A stretch of DNA of 64,000 nt. It comes from Camelus ferus (taxonomy: Eukaryota). The notes beneath the pieces were generated by a model, which ran no database searches, was not told where the DNA came from, and saw only the letters and a list, made by a program, of their open reading frames with translations. Location: positions 60,576,001 through 60,640,000 of the forward strand of contig NC_045697.1 of the NCBI RefSeq assembly GCF_009834535.1, in the 5' to 3' direction. How positions within the stretch are numbered: position 1 is the first letter of the stretch; every line of letters begins with the position of its first letter. Of this stretch, positions 13,737 through 26,081 are shown piece by piece. Position numbers and translations under genes: made by a program.

Positions 13737-13827
13737 TTTTTTTTTTTTTAATGGAGGTCCTGGGGATTGAACCCAGGACCTCGTGCATGCTAAGCATGCA
13801 CTCTACCACTGAGCTACTTCCCTCCCC
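13737..13827 (-). mobile_element. tRNA-Ala(AGC)-derived SINE (camelid vic-1 type) with poly(A) tail
   Basis: Minus strand reads ggggagggaagTAGCTCAGTGGtagagtgcatgcttAGCatgcacgaggtcctgGGTTCAATCCCcaggacctccatt(A)n: intact Pol III A and B boxes, AGC anticodon loop, non-tRNA 5' end and an A13 tail. Confidence 0.9.
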
Positions 13828-14544
13828 ACATTCCAACATTTCTGTAAGTGCAACTTTTCTGCAATCTTCATGCCATTTTACAATTATTCCAAAATGCAAT
13901 TATATTAAAAATGTACATTAATTTTAAAATAAAATAAAATTTATGTATTTTTTAACAACACAAAAGTCCTTGAAATTTTAGTTAAGTCTTAAATCATTAT
14001 TTAATCTACATATTAAGGGCTTTATCTACCCACCAAAACAGAGCCAGACCGATCATAAAGCACTTGAACACTTATTCTCACTTGGCCTATAATATATACA
14101 TCACGCTAATTTTCAGCCTGCCATTTATATTTTCAAAACTAATTATCTTACTACCATTTAAAGTATAATGAATATCTAGAGACTTGCAAATATCAATGAC
14201 CATCTGGGAATTTATTTGCATTTTAATTTTTTCATAAACATGTAACACTATTAAAAAAAACTATATGCCAGCAAAACACTGATGCAGGTAGAGAATAAGC
14301 TGTTTTCTATGACGCTAATGTTTCAATTTTTTCTCTTTGTAATCATTCTGAAGCGTACAAAATATTTTTAGCTATTTTCATAATGTCATAACTGTTTTTT
14401 AATCAAGGAAATATTGCCCTCAGAAAATATATCCTAAACATTAAACATGAAATATTAATATTTTAATTTAGCATTTATTGGGAGTGAAATAGCCAAGGTG
14501 ACAGAAAAGTAATTATAAATGAGGGGTCTGAGGGCAGTGTTTGG

Positions 14545-14665
14545 AGTTTGTGCTTGTGTACATTATTTAACTTCTTTCATCCTCAATTTTCTCACCTGTA
14601 AAATTAGAGTAATAACAAGGGCACAGAGAAGAGAAAATGTAAAGTATCTGGTACATAGTAATAAT
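14545..14665 (+). mobile_element. MIR SINE core fragment
   Basis: ttatttaacttctttcatcctcaattttctcacctgtaaaattagagtaataa...aatgtaaagtatctggtacatagta. Confidence 0.65.
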
Positions 14666-15804
14666 TTACTGTATCATCTTTTGCTTCTGCATGTATTTCT
14701 GCCTGCATGTATTTCTCTTTTTTATGCACAAAATTCTAGGAATTTATGGAAAACATATATTCTAATAGGACTAATATTCCATCTTCTAATAACATCTGAT
14801 TTCCTTAGAAGAGACTTCTTATTTGGCACAAAAAGAAATATTTTTCTTTCCCCAAGTCTCTTGTCCAAAATTTTCCATTAGAGTGACCTCTCTGACATGG
14901 ATGACTGGAGCTCTCCGAAAGCACACAGCAAGAAGAGAAGAATGAACTTTTAAAGGTAACAGACCATAGTAAGACTGTTTTTAATTCAAGTCTGTATTCT
15001 CTTTATTAGAAAAAAAATCATCCACTTTTGGGGGGTTTACTTTGAAATTGATCAATCGTTTGTGTCCATGGTATGCTTTTACACTTTTTTCCTTATTTTT
15101 TTCAGAGCACTCTTATTTTTAAAACTTGTCTTAATTTTTGATTACTCCAGTGTGGACTACCTTTCATTCCCAAAGCATTAATATTACCCTTCTCAGTTTT
15201 TCTCCTCAGAGTCAAAGGAGAAAATAGTGCTTGCTTCATTCCTCCAATGGCTGCCTATGTGTATTTTGATTTTGTGCCTCTAGAGAGGCATGAGGGATTA
15301 AATGATGTTATCCATTTCAAATTAAATCAACCTACATTTGTTCATTTTAGCTCTCTCTAAGAAAAAAAAAACACATTGAAATTTCAAAGTGTTAAAATCA
15401 GTTGCATGTCAATATATGTATATGTTGGAGTAGAAGTCAGAGTAAACAGAAAAGAGCTTCAGAGAGTTTATGACAGAGGTAAGTACACTCCATTTTCTTT
15501 TGCTTTCAAAACAAAAGAAATGAATTATGCCAAGCACGACTTCAGAAGTCCCTTGTATTTGCACTTTCTTCTCAATTTTCCATACTACTGCCACTGTTCA
15601 GATCTTAACTACCTCCTCCTGACTGGCTCACCCAGGAGCCTCTGTGCTCTCTCCACCCACATTCCTCCACAGTGCCCGCAGACCTACTGTTTTACAATCC
15701 ATCTTTAATCATGCTGTCTCCTTGTGTGTCGTGTGTTCGTTAGTTGGTTGACTGGTTGTGTTTTAAAGACATTCAATATGTCCCTGTTCTATAAAGAATA
15801 ACCA

Positions 15805-15930
15805 ATATGTGACTGAGTGAGCTTTTTAGCTTCAATTTCCTCAGCTGTACCACAATAGTAATGAGAGTAGGTTTAGTGCTCAGAGTTCCTGAGATATAGT
15901 AAGTTTCAACAAATGTTAGGTATTTTTACT
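15805..15930 (+). mobile_element. MIR SINE fragment
   Basis: atgtgactgagtgagcttttt...cttcaatttcctcagctgta...agtgctcagagttcctgagatatagtaagtttcaacaaatgttag. Confidence 0.55.
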
Positions 15931-17424
15931 ATCTGCATTTAAAATAAAAACATACTGTATCTGGAGTTTAAATCTGGATAAAAACCATGATAATGAGCTT
16001 TAACTCAGATTGTAAATTTCACTGGGCTTCTGTATATCTTTCTGTCCACATATTTGTGGTTTGCTCAGGTTTTCTCTAAACTACTACGATCAGAATCACC
16101 TACAATCCTGGAACATGTCCAGGCATATTTTCAGAAGCCTCCTTGGGCACTTCAGAGAAGAGGTATTACTCAGAGGAACGCTGAATATACAGTAGGCAAA
16201 GACTTGACTCAGCCAGGATGTTACTTTCCCTCAAACATAACTGAAGCTTTCACGGGTGGATGCCTTGTTTACAGATAATAAGAAATCCCCACTCCTAGCA
16301 GAAACTTTAGTCTGAACAATGGACTGAGGATTTACAACCTGCTACACCTGCATAAGGAAACATGTTCACTAATTTTAGGTTCTTAAGAAGAAGCACACAA
16401 GTGCTAAAAATTAAACATACTTTAAAAATCCCAATGAAATTTAATTGATTGATAGCTATTAATGGCCTTAATTAAGATATGCCCCTTTCCTTATATAAAA
16501 CAATAAGTTTTCAGAATCAAAATAAATAGCCTTTGTTCATTACGCAGTTCACCATTTTTCTTGCTTCAAACATTATTCAATATTCAATCATTAGCTATGA
16601 AATACCCATGACAAAATTCAACTGCTCTATAAGAGATTTTTTTTCTTTAAAAGCAAGTCCTATGGAATCCTAAGTAAAGAAAAACATTTAAATAGGCTTT
16701 CTTTTAGATATGCAAATAAAATAATTTAACTTCAGGAAAAACAAACACCTCCCAAACAGCTCAAAATTACTTCTAACACTGTAAAATCCAACTTCAAGAA
16801 TCTTCAAAGTCTTAAAAGACACTGTACTCATCAAAACAGTTAAAACTGTCATGTGAATTTCAAAAAACAAAACTCTAACACACTAAATATGAGATAATTT
16901 GGACTATTTAAATAAGTCAGCAAGCAATCTATCAATTAGTCTGACTTTAAAAGTATTATTCTCAGAGTAAAAATATTTTCCTCCTGCAGGTGGCTTCTGC
17001 TAAAACTACTCTCTTTTGCAAGACTGATTTTTAAATTAAATGGTTTTTACTTATACTCATTTCTAACTTGCCAAATAAGACTTTTTCAGAATAGTTCTGA
17101 ACATGAAAGGAGAAAGAATACAAGAACAGTGGGAAAAATATAGGAAGGGTCAGGGAAAGAGAAACTGAAGAACGGATAAAGGAAAACAGGAAGAAATGAA
17201 GTGGGGGAGGGTGGGAAAGAAGGACAAAAGAAGGAACAAGTGTGGGTGAGAATTGTGAGGACAAGGCTCCCCAGGTTCACTGCTTTTAATCTTTCCCAAA
17301 ATATTAACACATTTCTCAATAAGACTCCACATGATTAGAATTCTGAATATAAGAAACCTATATTTCAAAGTCAAAACTTCAAATTTGATAAGGTATCAGG
17401 AAGTCATACTCACCAACTCAGAAA

Positions 17425-17443
17425 CACTGCCATCTGCTGACCA
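17425..17443 (-). promoter_or_regulatory. Candidate CTCF binding site
   Basis: Minus strand TGGTCAGCAGATGGCAGTG matches the CTCF core (TGGCCASYAGRKGGCRSY) with about one mismatch and lies in non-repetitive sequence. Confidence 0.45.
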
Positions 17444-18149
17444 AATAAAACTGAGATGAGTTTGCTATTGTTTCTTTAGATGAATCACCAGTAACATTGT
17501 AAACTTTGTAATGTGTACTATGAAACTTGTACTTAGTAACAAGTCACTGGTATAAAGACATTCATTTACAAATATAACCAAATCTGAGAAATACGAAGTA
17601 TGAAAAAGTGCAAAGGAAATATTTTGTTTTATAACAAAAGTGCAATTATGGTTTTAATTACTCAAAACATGAAAAGTGAATGGTCTGATATTCTATCCAC
17701 AATTATTTAAAAATTAACAAATATTTGAGTATTAACTGAAGCCACAGCATCCTCCTAGTTTGCAGCGCTAATGTAAGAGATTTCTTCTAAAAGTTCATTA
17801 TTCACCAAAAGTCACTCTCAACACTTGTCAGGTTGATGAAAGCACAAAGGAAAATGTCCAGATATTAAGGAGGCTTCCATTTCTTTCTTCTGTCAGCCTT
17901 CTTCCCACATTAGTCAGAGGACGTGAGTAGGAAAGTAGAGATTTTAATGTACTTAATAGGAAAAGACACAGGGTTTTCAGATAGATCATATTGGGTAAAT
18001 ATATGGATTGTTTCTATAGCTTATAAGAGTGATCACAGAATTATCAGCAATATTTATTTTCATGAGTGTCAGTGATTTAGGGAGTCTCCTAATTCACCTG
18101 CCCTAATGTGCAAGGTCTGATCTGAGAGAATGCAGGACTAACATCATAT

Positions 18150-18550
18150 TTATTCTGTGCAGAAATTTCTCACATTATACATTCCCAGCTTTATCTCTTG
18201 TCATGCTAGTCTTGCCCTTTATACTCCAGTTATGGGAATTTGCTTGCAGCTCAAAGGAAACTTCATGATATTTCACCTCTGTGCCTTTGCTCAAGCTGCT
18301 GTCTGTGTCTATGATGCAATTATCTTTGTGAGGATGTTCTTTCTGACCTTACTAACACCAGGAAGGTCAAATTCCCTTCCCCTCTGTTCCCAGCCTGCTG
18401 TGTATTTATTTATTATTGCACTTACCATGAAAAAGTGCTTTCTGTTTGTCAGTCTGTCATCCTTGCTTCATAGTCAACTCCATCAAACCAGAGATCCTGA
18501 CCTAATTCTCTCCAGATAATCCATGCCTGGCATGGCATCTTATGAAGAGA
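18150..18550 (+). mobile_element. LINE-2 3' region
   Basis: ccagctttatctcttgtca...atactccag...cacctctgtgcctttgctcaagctg...cttcccctctgttccc...gcacttacca...tgcctggcatgg. This explains ORF 18157-18519. Confidence 0.7.
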
Positions 18551-19679
18551 ATTTTTTAAAATCTCCCAATATTTTAGAGATTCTTACATGTTCCTGTTCT
18601 TCATCATTTCTGAAATGACAGAGAAGCTTCCACAGAAATTATTGACAGCATGTTGGGTTTGGTAGCTTGTACTAGTAGTTATATATAGTTTAGTATATTA
18701 TCTTATGATCACCTCCTGGTCCTCTTCCAAGTGTACTGGAACCACCTTTGGGATCTGGGCTATTTCAGACCACATATTGCCCACCAAACCGAATACTGTA
18801 TGGGGAGGGCAGGTAAGTTCTTATTAAATATTTTATTGCTGTATAATCTCAACTAGATTAATAAAAAAACAAAGTCACAATATGATATAAAAATGCTGTA
18901 TAATTCAGGGATTTAAAAAGTGCAAGTGTAACAAAGAGGGTGAAATACATCTGTTTAGGGGACTTCTTGTTTGAAAGTGAATCTTAAAGTATAACTAGGG
19001 ATATACTGGATTTACACAGGGATTCTCTATGGATCAGAAAGAAGCAGGGAAATGTGTAATTGGTCTGGCAACTAGCAAGTAGGTCTAGAATACTCTTCGC
19101 TGTTGTGGTGGCTGTTTTTAAAGCTCTATATGGAACATGCATGGGAAACAATAAAGAAGAATGAGAAATATGTTAATGATCCTGAATTACAAAATTAAAG
19201 AAGATGAAAGTGGCCCTTTATCAGAATAACTTAAGACTATAGTTATTTCCTGAATGATGTCTGTTCATCAGGTTTCTAAATTGAGCAAAATCTCTAAAAG
19301 TTCTTTGAGAAAGGAACATAACGGGCTAACCAATTTATTTCGTTAATACTCATTTTCAAAGCATTGTTGAAGGTCAGTACCGAGCACTTCATGTAGGCAA
19401 GGCAAGAGGCAATTAATGCATTCAATCTCAGGGAGAAGTGTAGCAAGCTGTTTTCTGGTGCAATGTGTCTTCCTTGCCAGGTCAAAGTTCTTACTACTTC
19501 TACATTATGGGACCAGATATCAATGACACTGTCATTAAATGCTATTAAAATTCATAGTTAGCCAAGAAGTCCTGAAGTCCTTTACATTCCTCACTTTTGG
19601 CAAATCTTTAGTGCTTAGATTAACTTTGGTATGAAAAAAAGCAAGCCGATTCTTAGGGGACTAGATACACAGTTGCACA

Positions 19680-20276
19680 TTTTTTTATTCTCCTTTTTTT
19701 TATTGTAGTTAAAAAAAAATTTAACATAAGATCTACCCTCAACAATTTTAAGTACACAACAGAGTATTGTCAACCATAAGCATACTGTTAGCAGATCTCC
19801 AGAACTTATTCTTCTTTCATAACTGAAAGCTTGTACTCACTGAACAGAAACTCCCCCTGTCCCTATTTTCCCCTTCTTCCAGCCCCTGGTAATCATAATT
19901 CTATTCCCCATACCTATGAATTTGACTATTTTAGATGCCTCAGAGAAGTTGAATTATGCAGTATTTGTCCTTTTATAACTGGCTTATTTCACTTAGCATA
20001 ATGCATTCCAAGTTTGTATATGTGATCTCACATGGCAGGATTTCCTTCTCTTTTTAAGACTGAAAAATAGTAATTTTATTGTTTTATATACAACATTTTC
20101 TTTAACCATCATTCACTGATGGCCATTTATGTTGCTTCCACATATTGGCTTAAGAAATAATGCTGCAGAGACCATGGAAATACGGATATCTGAGATCCTG
20201 ATTTCACATATTTTGGCTATACCATGAAGTAGGATTTCTGGATAATAGGTAGTTCTATTTTTAATTTTATGAGAAG
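19680..20276 (-). mobile_element. L1MA9-like LINE-1 3' end (non-inverted part of a 5'-inverted insertion)
   Basis: Poly(T), then ttaacataagatctaccctc...agcagatctccagaacttattc...cagcccctggtaatca...ggtagttctatttttaattttatgag. Confidence 0.9.
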
Positions 20277-21951
20277 GAAAAAGCATTTGACAAAATTCTC
20301 ACCCTCCTATGATAAAAACTCTCAACAAACTAGGAATTTACCTCAACATAATAAAGGCCATACATGACAAGTCAACAGTTAATATCATACTAAATGGTGA
20401 GCTTGACCAACCAGACCAAGGGTGCCCACTCTCACCGCTTCTACTCAACATAGTTGTGGAACATAGTACTATTCAACATAGTACTGAAAGTCCCAACCAG
20501 AGTAATTAGGCAAGTGAAAGAAATAAAAGGCAACCATATCAGAAAAGAAAAAAAATATTATCTCTGTTGGCAGATGACATTATCTCATATGTAAAAAACT
20601 CTAAAGACTTCACACACATAAAAACTCTGTTTTAATAAACAAATTCAGTGGAGTTGCAGGATACCAAATCAACATTCAAATTCAGCTGGGTTTCCGTACA
20701 TTAATAATTAACTATCTGAATAGGAAATTAATAAAACAGTCCCATTTACAATAGCATCAAAAAAGAATAAAAATCTTAAAAATCTTAACCAAGCAGGAGA
20801 AAACCTTGTAAACTGAAATCGGCAAAATATTGATGAAAGAAATTAAAGACATAAAAAATAGAAAGAAATCCAATGTTAATAGATTAGAAAAAGTGATATT
20901 TTAAAATGTCTATACTACCCAAAGAAACCTATGAATTCAATGAAATTCCTATAAAATCTCAATAGCAATGTTTATAGACAAGAAAAAACTAATCTTAAAA
21001 TTCATATGGGAATACAATAGACTTCAAACATCTGAAGGTATCTTGAGAAAGAAGAACAAAGCTGGAGGCACCACATGTCTTGATTTCAAACTGTATTACA
21101 AAGCTATAGTACAAAATGAAAACAGTACTGGCATAAAACAGACACATAAGTCAATGAACAGATTAGAGAGCCCAGAAATAAATCCATGTATATATGACCA
21201 ACTGATTTTTGACAAGAATGCCAAGAATACAAAATGGGGAAAGGATAGTCTCTTCAATAAATGTTGTTGGGAAAATTGGATATACATATGCAAAAGAATG
21301 AAACTGTACTCTAATGCCATGCCAAAAATAAATAAATAAAAAACTCAAAATGGACTAAAACTTATACAAAAGACCTGAAACTATAAAACTCTTAAAAGAA
21401 AACATAGAGGACAAAAAGTGGGACCTTAGTCTTGGCAATACTTTCTTGAATAGTGACACCGAAGTCACAAGCAACAAAAAGCAAAAACAGGTGGGACTAC
21501 ATCAAATTAAAAACCTTCTACACAACAAAGAAAATAATCAAGAGTGAAAATGTAATCTATGGACTCAGAAAAAATATTTGCAAACCATGTATCTGTTAAG
21601 GGGTTAATATTTAATATATAAAAGGAACTCCCACAACTCAGACAAAAAACAACTAATAACTTGATTAAAAAATGGGCAAAGGACTTGACAGACATTTCTC
21701 CAAAGAAGATATATAAATGGTCAACAGGTATATGAAAGATGCTCGACATCATTAATTGTCTGGGAAATGCAATTCAAAACTACGATGAGATAGCACTTCA
21801 CACCTGTTAGGATGACTATTATAAAAAAAAAAAGAGAGAGAGGTAATATGGTTCGGCAAGGATATAGAGAAATACTTCTATCCTGCTGGAACCCTTATGT
21901 ACACTTACTGTTGGTGGGAATATAAAATGGTGCAGTCATCATGGAAAATAG
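20277..21951 (+). mobile_element. LINE-1 ORF2 RT/C-terminal segment (inverted part of the same insertion)
   Basis: ORFs 20309-20509 ([32 protein letters not shown]) and 20968-21339 (LKFIW...KKNKAGG...DFKLYYKAIV...ESPEINP..YDQLIFDK) match L1 ORF2p. The ctgttggcagatgac block is the decayed (F/Y)ADD RT motif. Confidence 0.95.
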
Positions 21952-22214
21952 CAAGTTTCAATACTGATGGGAGTGACAGAATATTCATATCAACGGCTCC
22001 CAAGAGGAGAGCAGACACTAGGTGGAGGGGCAAAGAACGGGGATACCTGGAGAGGATAATTGTATTGGCCGAGGGCGTGGAAGGTATGGACATAGGAAAA
22101 ATATCATTCAGGCACTAGCTTCACTCTTTCATGCTCTATATCCATGCATGCCATTTAATCTCCATGTGCACTGTTTCTCCCATCAGAAAAATAGGAGGGT
22201 ATCTATATGTTTCT

Positions 22215-22380
22215 TATGTTTAATCCTCATCAAATCATAATTAGATCAAGGTCAGTAACTTCACTTTACCAATAAAGAAGTTGAGGCTTAAGGGGCAAAT
22301 TATTATTCTCACCATGGTAAAGTATTAAGTAGTAAAATTGTGCCTCAAACTAGACTTAACTGACCATAATTGATGCTCTT
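22215..22380 (-). mobile_element. MIR SINE
   Basis: tttaatcctcatc...cactttaccaataaagaagttgaggcttaaggg...aagtagtaaaattgtgcctcaaactagac. Confidence 0.6.
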
Positions 22381-22384
22381 ACTT

Positions 22385-22605
22385 CTGTTCCTAAATTCTA
22401 CGTAAATACCTATTAGCTATGCAACCTCAAGCAAATTACTTGATCTCTCGGTGCAAATTGTGGAACCACTTTGAAGCAGATTATTTGATTGGTCTCTTCT
22501 GTAAAGGGAAGCTCGTAATACTATCTACTTTCCAGAAGTTAATATATGTAAAAGCAGAGCCTGGCACGTCGGAAGCACTATACAACCTTATAACTACTAC
22601 TGTGA
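22385..22605 (+). mobile_element. MIR SINE
   Basis: ctattagctatgcaacctcaagcaaattacttgatctctc...ctgtaaaggga...ttaatatatgtaaaagcagagcctggcacgtcggaagcact. Confidence 0.65.
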
Positions 22606-25600
22606 CATTACTACAAGCATTTTAAGAAACAAAAGCGCTGAAAAGGAAAAGGCTACCAAGAGGGAAGGGTACAAGCTCATGGCTGAGCCTGTTTCAGTCA
22701 GTGTGATGTATGTTAGAAGTCCATTTTTTTTTTCATTTTTGTGATTTGATTTCCCTTCAGTATTGCTTCGTTTCATTCCCTAAATGCTTGCAGATCTTCA
22801 GCACATAGGAGTAGGAGAGGAAAGCCAAACAATGGGCATGAGCAAACAACAATAACAACAATAACAATAATAAATTTTTGTAAATCCTATTACAAGGGTC
22901 ATATTGCTGCAGAAAACAATCAAATGGATCCAGCTGCCTTAGGTAATCCCTGGCAACTAAAAAAAAAAAGTACGTATTTATACAGTTTCTTAGTCTATCA
23001 TGAGACTCGGTATCCTCAATGTAGCTAGTCAGATAGACAGAATGCAGGGAGTAAGCAAGAGCCCCAGACAGCAAGCTTCCCTCCGAGATGCGGAGGGTCA
23101 GGAAATGGGGAGAGAGAAGGGAAGGGAGAGTGCCTGTGGATGCCACACAGGCGGTATTACAGCAGGGCTGTGACATTTTCAAAATTCCCTTTATTTACTT
23201 CCCTAGATGCTTCTCTGTGTATTAAAAAATTGAAATTACAAAAAAATAGTCTCTGAAAACAAAAGTGTCACCCCTGATTAGAAATGGCATAAGCAGCAGC
23301 AGAAAAGCTTTACGCTCAGCTTGAAGTCTTAGGGAAAAAGAAAATCTTTCAGGAGCAAAAACAAAACATAGCAGAGGAAAGGCAGATTAGTGTGACTTCA
23401 GAAATGAGTTCCAAGACTACTGAAGCACAGTGTATTAGCTTTATGACGAGAGCCATTAGCTCTCCATGGACAGGCAATATTTCTAAAGAGCTACACTGCA
23501 CAGAGAAGAAAATGCAAAGGATGTGAGAACAAAGCTCCACTTTCTCACAGTTATTAACCTCATTTATACCACTGAGTCACTATCATTATGCTCATTGCCC
23601 TGACACGGTTCAGTGCATTGATATTTCACTCAGCAGGCTGCCAATTGTGACGACAGAGAAAGGGAACCCCAGAGGCTTGGCTGTGATTGCCTTTGTTATG
23701 ACCAGCTGCACCTCAGATGAAAGTAAAAGTCTAAGTAACCGTGCTGGGAAAGAATTCCCTAAAAACATTTTCAGAGTCCTTTATCCTGAGGCCAGTTCAC
23801 CAACTATCTGTTTATAAACCTCTGCCTGTTTCAAGTTCATTTTTTAAAAGTAGCTGTACACTTTCTTCCTACAACACGAGCAAACAGAAGTTGTATGCTG
23901 ATAAAGTCAATGTGGGTCTTTCCTTCGGTCTCCTTAGTGGGAAATAGCTTTTCATGAACTTGAGGAAATCGTCTATTGGGATGATAGATAGATTAGAAGG
24001 GACAGAGGAGGTAACATTATAGCTACTTGAAAATGAAAATAAAGAATAAATTCTCCTTATCTGAAAATTATTCTTTTTAGAATAAATATCACTGGTACAG
24101 ATTTGATTAGCATCAAATGAATCCTAAGACTTTGTGCTTCTCACTATAATATGAAGGAGGCTCTACAAAAGTAATCAAGATGTGTCTAATGAAGTAAAAT
24201 TAATCATTATAATTTACAGAGTATCAATAATGACCTTTGATGAAATATTATCTCTATTTCTTATTGAATAAAATGTAAGACCATATTTAAGTATAAAAAG
24301 AGTAGTACCTATTTCCTACCAAATTTAACTTAATGAAAACTGTGGAATTTTTCATTCATTAAAAATGCTTGACCAATCATATATAACACAATTTGTAAGA
24401 TGTCATTAGACAACTAGCCTTGACATCTGGAATGAACCATATTTAAAGTTCAAGTATTCCTAAAAGAAGCAAATTTTGCACTTTAGTCTGAATTAACCCA
24501 AATATTTACATTCATGAAAAATATCTGAAACCAGACTACTGAGTAGAAGGCAAATACTGCATCTATACACAATGTTATAATTTGAAAAGTAGTAAGACAA
24601 ATTTACACATACCTAATCTCAAACCTGTAGTATATGAACAAATGAGAATGTAGATGCTTTGGTACATATTATGTGTAATATTAAAACATTGTTATAAATG
24701 CCAGTATTTCATTTTAAAAGAGTTCACAATTAATAGGAAAAACAATGGATTTAATGTTTAATATATTTGGAATAAAAATATAAACTCATTACTTGCATTA
24801 TGCCAAACTTGAAATTGACTTTGATATATACTTATTATTAAATTTTAATATAAATTACTAGCCATTAATGACTCTGCTATTTCTCTTGGCTTCAAGCCAC
24901 TCTGCCCTTTGGACCCATCTGGACCCATTTGGCTGATGTGCTTTTTCTACCAAACTTAGCTCCCCTGTATGGAGATTTTAGGACAATCTTTTCAGGGTTG
25001 TTTCTCTGCTCTTACCAGAAGGTCAAGTCAAAGTCTCCCCTTCCAAAATAACAACAACAACAACAACAAACTTCCTCTTCAGTGAAAGAAGGAGGTTAAA
25101 TGGGGCAGGAACATTGGTAAAGCTTAGTAGTAACATGCAAATGAGAGGTCAGTAATGAGAGTGTCACTGAAAACTGAAATACTCAAAAGTCCTTAACCAA
25201 GTAATCAATAATCATAATTTAGAATTAGCTCTATGAGTTGGAAAAACGTATAGCGTAAATAAGAAAATTGAACTTAGGAAAACTGCACCTTAAGTTCCCT
25301 GAGCTAGTAAGTGAAGAAGCTCAGATTTCTTCTCTCTAACAGAGTGGAGAAGAATTTGATAATTGGTGTATCTAGTCAGAGATGCAATGATGGCACCTTG
25401 ATTTAAGTGTTTTTCTTTGAGGTGTAATTCTCCCAATTTCTTAACTCACCTCTGTCTTATTTGAAAGTTTTTAACCTTCCATCCACATTTCTGCAACTTA
25501 TTTTTTTTTTTTTGTATTGACAGCAAAACTCTTCTGCCAGTGGAGAGATAGTGAAGGAATTCTTCCCTGCAAACAGGTTATATTTAATCAGAATGGCCGC

Positions 25601-26081
25601 TGCGAAAACAGCTTATCAATAAAAAAAAGTGCTTTTAGAGTAGAGAGGTTCCTGGGATTTTATAGACAATCAAGGATCAAGACTGCTAGTCTTTTGTGTC
25701 AAGGGTGAGTGAGTTCAATTAGCTGAAAGTCAAAGAAAATGCCCTGTGACAATTCAATTCACAATTAAGACTGAGGTCCAACAGAGCAAGTTTATAAATT
25801 TCTCCATTTGAATTGTGGTTATACAATAGTTATAAAGTCATGGGACGTGAAAGACAGCTAAGTGACAGGGATGAATTTGGCAGACGGATATAAATGAGCT
25901 GTGATGTAATGTCTTCAATAATTTCGATTATATTACTTTAATTAAGAAAATACCCTTGTGGTGTAAAAAGGAAAAGAAATCAAATATCAATAAAGAAAAT
26001 TTTTTAATATTAAATTTCCATGAAATTCTTTTAGCTGAATGAATAAAAATATCCAAATGCTGTTATATGTTTTTTTTCCTT

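Larger units (their letters stand above)
11955..13940 (+). mobile_element. L1MC3/L1MD-type LINE-1 3'UTR, hosting an LTR40 and a SINE
   Basis: agagccaggcttctcactatcagagaagg...agaaatggctga...gactggggaaatgatccagactgaa...cattcatgttgatttccagattt. It resumes after the LTR (gcaaacctggcaaa...caacttttctg...) and ends in an A-rich tail at ~13925-13940. Confidence 0.8.

Noticed and set aside
13752..13827. tRNA-Ala(AGC) gene
   Set aside because: Altered 5' acceptor strand, attached poly(A) tail and insertion within an L1 mark it as a SINE.
14687..14716. Tandem 14-mer containing two TGCATG (RBFOX) motifs
   Set aside because: Simple slippage duplication with no supported exon nearby.
16069..16162. Possible plus-strand exon (ttgctcag|GTTTTC...AGAG|gtatta)
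   Set aside because: Weak donor, no recognisable peptide in either open frame, and no partner exons.
18742..18812. Possible plus-strand exon ending at CAG|gtaagt
   Set aside because: Perfect donor but only an AAG or weak acceptor. All three frames are open with no recognisable protein, as expected by chance.
20968..21339. 123-aa ORF as a functional RT-related gene
   Set aside because: Fragment of a frameshifted, internally deleted L1 ORF2 with a degenerate catalytic motif upstream.
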